Positions 26,088 through 32,000 of a stretch of 32,000 nucleotides of DNA are shown here, one piece after another; within the stretch, counting starts at the first letter, position 1; every line of letters begins with the position of its first letter. The DNA lies in contig JBHLKY010000020.1 of the NCBI GenBank assembly GCA_048886185.1, positions 46,073 to 78,072 on the forward strand, in the 5' to 3' direction. A program made the position numbers and the translations under genes. A model generated the notes under the pieces. The model did not search any database. It was given only the letters and a program-made list of their open reading frames with translations, and was not told the origin of the DNA. The stretch is from Candidatus Hermodarchaeota archaeon. GTDB lineage: Archaea > Asgardarchaeota > Heimdallarchaeia > Hodarchaeales > Hodarchaeaceae.

Positions 26088-27086
26088 TTATAGTATCGAA
26101 TTGGTGCGAATAAATTCAATAAGATCATCTACCTGAGTATATGCTATACAGGTCACTGTATCTGCCGCCCCATAATAGATAGCTATACGTCCTGTTGTTG
26201 CATCCGCTAATGCAGCGCATGGAAAAACAACATTAGGTACATCACCAACACATTCATACAATCTTTGAGGGGAAAGAATATAAGGCCCCGTTCGATATTT
26301 TACATTCCAAGGTTGAGTAATATCAAGTATAGCAGCTCCCATGCTGTAAACAAAGCCATTACATGATGTTATTACACCATGATATATCATAAGCCAGCCC
26401 TCAGTTGTTTCAATTGGAGTAGGACCAGCTCCAATCTTTGTTGATTGCCAACCAAAATTAGTGGCCATAACCTGACGATGATGACCCCAATGAATCATAT
26501 CAGGGCTTTCACTGTAGAAAATGTCTCCCCACGGTGTGTGTCCTCTATCACTTGGACGACTCAACATTGCATATTTTCCATTGATTTTTCGCGGAAAAAG
26601 AACACCATTCCGATTATATGGTAAAAAAGCATTTTCTAGTTGGTGAAATTCCTCAAAATTATGAGTATATGCCATACCAATAGTTGGCCCATAATACCAA
26701 TTACACCAAGTCACATAGAAGCGATCTTCTAACCAACATACCCTAGGATCATATCCATAAACAAATGTAGCGATATCAGGATTTTCACATTTAAAAGAAA
26801 TTGGATCATAATCGATATCCCAATTTATGCCATCCACACTTCTTCCTTGATGGAGTCGCATATTTCTATATTTATCGTCACACCTAAAAATCCCAGCAAA
26901 GTTGCCATTAAACGAAACAACAGCACTATTAAATATACTGTTAGATGAAGGTATTAAATCTCTCGGAATAATAGGATTTCGTTCTGATCGCCAAACCACA
27001 TCTTTGTAATCTCTTGGTTTTTCTTCCCAAGGTATATTTGGTAAATCTTCACCAAGGATCGTTTTTCCAGATACCTCTTTTCCCAT
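26088..27086 (-). CDS. GH130 beta-mannoside phosphorylase (GH130_2 type: mannooligosaccharide or Man-GlcNAc phosphorylase)
   Basis: [30 protein letters not shown] (catalytic Asp), [41 protein letters not shown]. Confidence 0.93.
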   Translation of the reverse strand: MGKEVSGKTILGEDLPNIPWEEKPRDYKDVVWRSERNPIIPRDLIPSSNSIFNSAVVSFNGNFAGIFRCDDKYRNMRLHQGRSVDGINWDIDYDPISFKCENPDIATFVYGYDPRVCWLEDRFYVTWCNWYYGPTIGMAYTHNFEEFHQLENAFLPYNRNGVLFPRKINGKYAMLSRPSDRGHTPWGDIFYSESPDMIHWGHHRQVMATNFGWQSTKIGAGPTPIETTEGWLMIYHGVITSCNGFVYSMGAAILDITQPWNVKYRTGPYILSPQRLYECVGDVPNVVFPCAALADATTGRIAIYYGAADTVTCIAYTQVDDLIEFIRTNSIL

Positions 27087-27176
27087 TTTAGTTACACCAT
27101 TCTCATTTCTTCATTGTTTTGGTAGTTAAATTGGTTGTTCCTTTTTTAAAAATTGAAATAAATGGATTTCAGAATT

Positions 27177-28160
27177 TTAACCTTTTTGGCCCGTTTTTAT
27201 CCTAGGATCAAGAAATCCATATGTTATATCTACTAAGAAATTACCGATAATTGCGATCACTAAAATCACAATGGTAATACCCATTATTAGGGGGTAGTCT
27301 CTATTAAATAGGGACTCCATATAAAGTGTACCAATCCCTGGCCACAGAAAAACATATTCTACTATTAATGTTTCACTAATAAGTTCATTAAATCGTAAAT
27401 TCAACAAAGTAAATTGAGGTAATATTGCATTTCTTTGGGAATATTGTCTTAGTATTTTAGGCCTGAATCCCATATGCTTTGCATAGTAAATATAAGACGT
27501 CTCCATTTCATAAAGAATCATCGCACGCATCCCCACAGCCCAAAATCCCGCGTTAACAATTATTAATGTTAAGAATGGGGCCATGTAGTGTCGAAAGAGG
27601 TCAATAAAATAGTCAATATTGAAGCCAGGAGACATTTGGGGACTAATTCCACCAGGATGAGAAAGAAAGATATTATTGCCAGTAACGAAGTAAATGAATA
27701 TAATGAGGCCCAGCCAATAAAACGGTGCAGATCGTAAACAGAGGAAAAACATATACACAGCATCATTGATTCTACCTTTTAGATATGCTGCTTTAGCCCC
27801 AATCCAATTGCCAATGTAAAAACTAATGAACAAGACTGGTATCACAAGAACTAATGAAAAAACAAGACGAGGAAGCATTACATCCACAACTGTCATGGGA
27901 TAATAGTTAAAAGATGGTCCCAAATCCATTTTAAGTAAATTCTCCCAAAAAATTAGATATTGTTCTTCTAATGGTTTATCTAGGTTAAAAAAATAAACAA
28001 TCCAAATATTTCTGTCTCCTTCGGACATGAATCTTGGGATAAAAAAAGCAAATGTAAGGGCAATGAATAATGCTAATGAATAAAAACCTGCTTTTTTTAA
28101 TACAAATCTGTTATAAGAGCTGTTTAAAATTTGTTTTAGTTTTATACTAAGTTTAAGCAT
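27177..28160 (-). CDS. dppB: Opp/Dpp-family ABC transporter permease (DppB-type)
   Basis: FFIPRFM, LDKPLEEQY...DLGPSF, EAA-like loop YIYYAKHMGF..ILRQYSQRNAILP, VFLWPGIG, RDYPL, NFLVDITYGFLDPRI. Confidence 0.9.
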   Translation of the reverse strand: MLKLSIKLKQILNSSYNRFVLKKAGFYSLALFIALTFAFFIPRFMSEGDRNIWIVYFFNLDKPLEEQYLIFWENLLKMDLGPSFNYYPMTVVDVMLPRLVFSLVLVIPVLFISFYIGNWIGAKAAYLKGRINDAVYMFFLCLRSAPFYWLGLIIFIYFVTGNNIFLSHPGGISPQMSPGFNIDYFIDLFRHYMAPFLTLIIVNAGFWAVGMRAMILYEMETSYIYYAKHMGFRPKILRQYSQRNAILPQFTLLNLRFNELISETLIVEYVFLWPGIGTLYMESLFNRDYPLIMGITIVILVIAIIGNFLVDITYGFLDPRIKTGQKG

Positions 28161-28393
28161 TATCTACGTCTCTATTATTTCTTTAATAAATGCTAATTCC
28201 ATTAATTTGTTGAATTTTGTTAAATTAGATAAGATACTTATAATTATTCTGGAAAAAAAATCATCCTATTACTTATGACTTATCTCAACTTCTCTTATTG
28301 TTTCCACAATTAATCAATGAAAATTTTTTAGGATATTTTAAATCTCTCGTGATCCTACTTGAAATTTAAAATTAGTCAGGAAGTATTTAATGT

Positions 28394-28849
28394 ATGTCAA
28401 GTATATTAGAAAATCAGATTATTGTACAAATCGGGATAATTGTAAAAGACATTGAAAAAACCTCATTAATGTATTCTAAACTTTTGGGCGCTAAAAAACC
28501 TCAATGGTTTTGGACTGAACCTTTTAACAAAGCGAAGACAGAATATAAAGGAAATCCAACACAAGCCAGAGCAAAATTAGCCTTCATAAAATTAGAAAAC
28601 ATAGAAATCGAACTCATTGAACCAGATGAAAATCCTAGTACATGGAGAGAGTATTTAGTCACAAGAGGGGAGGGGATTCACCATATAGCATTCATTATAA
28701 ATGGAATGAAACACAAAATTTCTAATCTAACTGAAATTGGTATCCCCTTAATCCAAAAAGGGGAATATTCAGGAGGCCGCTATGCCTATTTTGATTCTCT
28801 AAAAGACTTGAAAGTGATTATTGAACTACTTGAACATAATAATGTTTAA
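28394..28849 (+). CDS. VOC family protein (methylmalonyl-CoA epimerase/glyoxalase-like)
   Basis: VQIGIIVKDIE, IELIEP, GEGIHHIAF, IIELLE metal-ligand pattern. Confidence 0.88.
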   Translation: MSSILENQIIVQIGIIVKDIEKTSLMYSKLLGAKKPQWFWTEPFNKAKTEYKGNPTQARAKLAFIKLENIEIELIEPDENPSTWREYLVTRGEGIHHIAFIINGMKHKISNLTEIGIPLIQKGEYSGGRYAYFDSLKDLKVIIELLEHNNV

Positions 28850-29514
28850 GTAAAGTTGTTCAACATCCTATTTAAACACCATTTGATTGCATTAACTATC
28901 ATTTTTTGAAAAACATCAGTTTTAACTTGAACTTCTCCATGGCCCAACGCTGTGTAAAAGACATATCCAAGACCGTATGGTTTTATCCATGAAATAGGAC
29001 GTGAAAATCCCTTATAATCACATACAATGAGAGTTTTGATAGGAGGATAGATTTCCATTAAATATAATTCATCCTTTAAAGAAAAATCTGATATACCTTG
29101 CATAATAGGGTGATTAGGCTTAATCACCTTGAATTCATACTCTTCTCCTAATGGAGGATGTGTCAAAAATTTGCCTCCAAGCATTCGTAGATACTCTTGA
29201 GAATTTTGAAAAGAGCAAGAAGCGCCATGAACTCCAATAAATGTCTTAGGTTCTCCAGTTTCTCCCCAAGGGGAGCCAATTATGGCATTTAAAAGACCCT
29301 TTTCCTGTTCTGCGTTTAATTCTCTTCCTGTTGTGCAACAAACAATAACTTTATACTTTTTGATATTATTAGATAAGAAAAAGTCTAGATCCTGAGTTAG
29401 TGTTACCTTAAAGCTAGCTTCTTCTAAGAAATCTTTGAAAATGGATCCCATTATAGAAAAATCATGGAATTTTGTTTCTAAGCCTCCTACAACTAAAATG
29501 TCAATACTACTCAA
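28846..29514 (-). CDS. ThuA-domain protein (class I GATase-like fold)
   Basis: FHDF, FIGVHGAS, MLGGKFLTHP, NHPIMQGI.DF...DELY, WIKPYGLGYVFYTALGH, IVNAIKW. Confidence 0.85.
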   Translation of the reverse strand: MSSIDILVVGGLETKFHDFSIMGSIFKDFLEEASFKVTLTQDLDFFLSNNIKKYKVIVCCTTGRELNAEQEKGLLNAIIGSPWGETGEPKTFIGVHGASCSFQNSQEYLRMLGGKFLTHPPLGEEYEFKVIKPNHPIMQGISDFSLKDELYLMEIYPPIKTLIVCDYKGFSRPISWIKPYGLGYVFYTALGHGEVQVKTDVFQKMIVNAIKWCLNRMLNNFT

Positions 29515-29624
29515 AATTTTTCGCCTCTTATCTAACCTAATTAAGATTCAATAAAACATTATGGTTATTATTATCCTTAATCTTTATGATGGATTTCATT
29601 TAGGACTGTTCACGATAAATCAAG

Positions 29625-30365
29625 TCAAAGATATTTTTGAAGCCAATTGATGCTTTCTTCAATAAATTCCTCTAATTGATCATTATTGAACATATGGTCG
29701 GCATTTTCAACCAAGAGGAGCTTATGGTCAATGTTCGAAGGAAAATGACCTTCAGCCTTTTTGGATAATTCTGGTTTAACAGTTTTATCTAACTTTCCAT
29801 GAATAATTAATGATGGATATTTAAATTTTCGAAGATATTTCTCAGTATCGATTTCTTTTAATTCATGAACGAAATCTTCCTCAATGTATATTTCTGGGGG
29901 AGAAGCAGAGAGTAATTTAAATGGAAAGTGATTATAAAGTGAATTATTAGTAATATTTTCCAAATAAAATGCAGGGGCCCAAAAGATAGCTGTTCGTACT
30001 GGAAGATTTGCAATGAGAGCGGTTAAGCCCCCAAAACTCAATCCAATTATGCCAAAATCAACATAATCTAATTTTTTAAGCCAATCATAAACATCTACTA
30101 AATCCTGAACCTGCTGGGATAATAATACAGGTTCTCTTTTATTTTCTCCAGAACCAGAAAAGTCAAAGATTATGGCATCAAATCCCTTTTCATTTAGCCT
30201 TTTTGCAGTTTTAGGAAATCGTCCCCATTCATATTTGTCACCTGTAAAGCCATGACATAAAATTACTAATGGGGATTTTTTCTTGGTATTTGTTGATGTC
30301 TCAAATAATATCGAAATTAACTCTCCCCCATTTCTTTTCGGAACTTTTATTTTTCTTTGTAGTAT
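29625..30365 (-). CDS. Alpha/beta hydrolase (about 246 aa; probable non-canonical ATA start)
   Basis: Frame is open upstream of TTG30041 up to 30383 and encodes LVILCHGFTGDK, FDFSGSGE, QDLVDVYDWL. Triad GLSFGG (Ser), HGKLD (Asp), ADH (His). No in-frame ATG/GTG/TTG upstream of 30041. GGTGAG RBS at 30372-30377. Confidence 0.85.
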   Translation of the reverse strand: MLQRKIKVPKRNGGELISILFETSTNTKKKSPLVILCHGFTGDKYEWGRFPKTAKRLNEKGFDAIIFDFSGSGENKREPVLLSQQVQDLVDVYDWLKKLDYVDFGIIGLSFGGLTALIANLPVRTAIFWAPAFYLENITNNSLYNHFPFKLLSASPPEIYIEEDFVHELKEIDTEKYLRKFKYPSLIIHGKLDKTVKPELSKKAEGHFPSNIDHKLLLVENADHMFNNDQLEEFIEESINWLQKYL

Positions 30366-30412
30366 TATATTCTCACCAATTTGCTAAATTTTGCTATTAT
30401 CGAAAGATAAAG

Positions 30413-30436
30413 GTAAAAAGGATTTAATCTTTTTAC
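30413..30436. promoter_or_regulatory. Inverted repeat in the divergent promoter region between the hydrolase and ROK-NagB
   Basis: GTAAAAAG-n8-CTTTTTAC. Confidence 0.35.
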
Positions 30437-30555
30437 ACAGGTGTGATAGGACTCTAATTATAGATAGATTTTTATATTTCATTCATAGACTATTTAATTT
30501 CTTGCTATTAGTATAAGTTATAAAATTTGAAAAATGAACATTTTGTGGGTCTAAA

Positions 30556-32000
30556 ATGGATGTCACGATAAGGTTGATGAATAATCAAACCTTTATAATT
30601 TCAAAATATGTTTTTCCCGAATTTAATGAAGAAGTTAAAAAAGAAATAAACATAAGACAACTTGCAATAAAAATCTTCAATATAGTTAACATTTTTGGTC
30701 CTAAAGCCCTCGTTCTTGAATGTGAGGATAAAACTCTTCAATCATATCTCATAAATTCTTTGAGTTTATATCTTCAGGATAATTTCACATTTGAAAAATT
30801 AGGTGGGGGGATTCAGATTTTGACTTCTCTTCCTTTTCATAGTGAAGAACCAATTTCTTTAACTTCCAAGATAAAAAAGTTAGGTCAGTTTGAAAATCAA
30901 ATAGGGCTGGGTATTGAAATTCAGGGAAAAACGATTAACGGAGTATGCATTGATGGCAATGGAAACATCATTAAACGATCAAAAAGAAGTATAAAAAAAG
31001 AAGAAGGCTATAGATCAGTCATTAATAGTATTATCGACTTAATCAAAGAACTATTGGAATCTTTGAATCCAGAGAAAATTAAAAGCGTGGGGATTGGCAT
31101 TCCTGGTGGAATCAGCCCTATAGTTGTCAGAAGAATGATAGCTATGGGAGATTTTCATGATATTAATCTCAAAGGTGAAATAGAAGCAGCTATTGGCCAC
31201 CCTACATTTATTGAAAATGATGCCAACGTCATTGCTTTAGGAGAAAAAGAAATTTCAAGAATTGAAGGAGATTTTTTCACTCTCACTCTCGGAGAGAGTG
31301 TTGGTGGAGGTATCATAATTAATGATCGAGTAATTCATGGAGAAAACTATTTTGCAGGAGAATTGGGACATATAATAGTCGATGACGCTATTGATGCACC
31401 TGTTTGTGGTTGTGGGAATACTGGCTGCCTTGAAGCTAGAATGTCAACCATTTCTGATCTTAATGAGGAGAATTTGGATGAGATTGCTAAAGATGTTGCC
31501 AAAGCGATTAGAATCATCGTTGATCTAACAAATATTAACCAAGTGCTTATTGGGAGTAGCGTCACAAAATTTGGGTATAATTTTTATGAAGCCGTACGTC
31601 ATAATTTAGAAACCCAGTTTATCCCAAAAACAACCCCTGTTCAAGTCTATGAATCATCATTAGAGAGATTTCCTGAAACTGAACGCAAATTCATTGGAGC
31701 GATTGGTGCTGCTATTATGGGGATGCAAAAAGTAGGAGAAATATCTGAAAAAGTTGTAGTAGTTATCAAAAAAGACGATCAAGAAATGGGAAAAGCAGCT
31801 GCAAGAATAATTTCTGAACAGATCAGGAGAAAACCAAATACAGTGTTGGGATTAGCAACTGGGAGTACTCCTATCAGTATGTATAAAGAATTAGTTCGAA
31901 TGCACAATGAAGAAAATCTAGACTTTTCAAAGGTTACAACTTTCAATCTTGATGAATATTATCCCATAGAAAGAGTAAACAATCAAAGTTATTACAGCTT
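30556..32000 (+). CDS. nagB: Fusion: unknown N-terminal domain, ROK domain, glucosamine-6-phosphate deaminase (NagB) domain; 3'-truncated and missing from the ORF track
   Basis: Open frame from ATG30556 to the window end (481 full codons). ROK: VGIGIPG, FIENDAN, GGGIIIN, AGELGH, CGCGNTGCLEA, GAIGAA. NagB from about 31750: EMGKAAA..I..QIRRKPNTVLGLATGSTP..MYKELV...DFSKVTTFNLDEY. Confidence 0.92.
   Translation, partial: MDVTIRLMNNQTFIISKYVFPEFNEEVKKEINIRQLAIKIFNIVNIFGPKALVLECEDKTLQSYLINSLSLYLQDNFTFEKLGGGIQILTSLPFHSEEPISLTSKIKKLGQFENQIGLGIEIQGKTINGVCIDGNGNIIKRSKRSIKKEEGYRSVINSIIDLIKELLESLNPEKIKSVGIGIPGGISPIVVRRMIAMGDFHDINLKGEIEAAIGHPTFIENDANVIALGEKEISRIEGDFFTLTLGESVGGGIIINDRVIHGENYFAGELGHIIVDDAIDAPVCGCGNTGCLEARMSTISDLNEENLDEIAKDVAKAIRIIVDLTNINQVLIGSSVTKFGYNFYEAVRHNLETQFIPKTTPVQVYESSLERFPETERKFIGAIGAAIMGMQKVGEISEKVVVVIKKDDQEMGKAAARIISEQIRRKPNTVLGLATGSTPISMYKELVRMHNEENLDFSKVTTFNLDEYYPIERVNNQSYYS

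Noticed and set aside
28336-28371. TTTTAAAT-n20-ATTTAAAA inverted repeat in the permease/VOC divergent region
   Set aside because: Purely A/T arms with a long spacer; expected by chance.
3701-30436. Shared GTAAAA...TTTTAC regulon motif at 3701-3720 and 30413-30436
   Set aside because: The spacers differ (20 vs 24 bp overall) and the arms are AT-rich. It was not found upstream of GH2, GH130 or the permease, so it is not supportable as one motif.
24167-31565. ORFs 24167-24349, 25194-25571, 27569-27766, 31347-31565
   Set aside because: Antisense to the wHTH, GH16 or ROK-NagB genes, or an alternative frame within the permease; no motifs.
1-32000. CRISPR arrays, tRNA/rRNA, IS elements, integrases, DGR/retron RT, eukaryotic signature proteins
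   Set aside because: No regularly spaced repeats, no intergenic T-loop motifs, and no such protein motifs were seen by eye.

Overview
AT-rich (about one-third GC, by eye), gene-dense prokaryotic window with about 30 CDS. I found no rRNA, tRNA, CRISPR array, integrase, transposase or reverse transcriptase. The organism is probably an archaeon, possibly Asgard (Heimdall/Hod/Loki-like). This is an inference from GGTGA/GAGG ribosome-binding sites, TATA-like boxes, short T-tract terminators, sequon-rich surface proteins and the gene-family mix; no marker gene is present. Two themes are interleaved. (1) Both ends carry beta-glycan catabolism built on phosphorolysis: a 5'-truncated GH94 laminaribiose-phosphorylase-like gene, a GH2 beta-mannosidase, a membrane-anchored GH16 laminarinase, a GH130_2 mannoside phosphorylase, an orphan Opp/Dpp-type permease, a ThuA-domain protein, and a 3'-truncated three-part ROK-NagB fusion that the ORF track missed. 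(2) The centre (about 10-23.5 kb) resembles a small-molecule modification/detox island: two nucleotidyltransferases, an APH-like kinase, acetyl- and methyltransferases, two DinB proteins, two luciferase-like oxidoreductases, a phosphotriesterase, RidA, an AlkD-like protein and an SDR. Corrections to the ORF track: the GH94 frame is open from base 2; the alpha/beta-hydrolase extends about 108 codons upstream of its called start and has no canonical start codon there; the ROK-NagB ORF begins at 30556. All family assignments come from motif recognition, not database searches.
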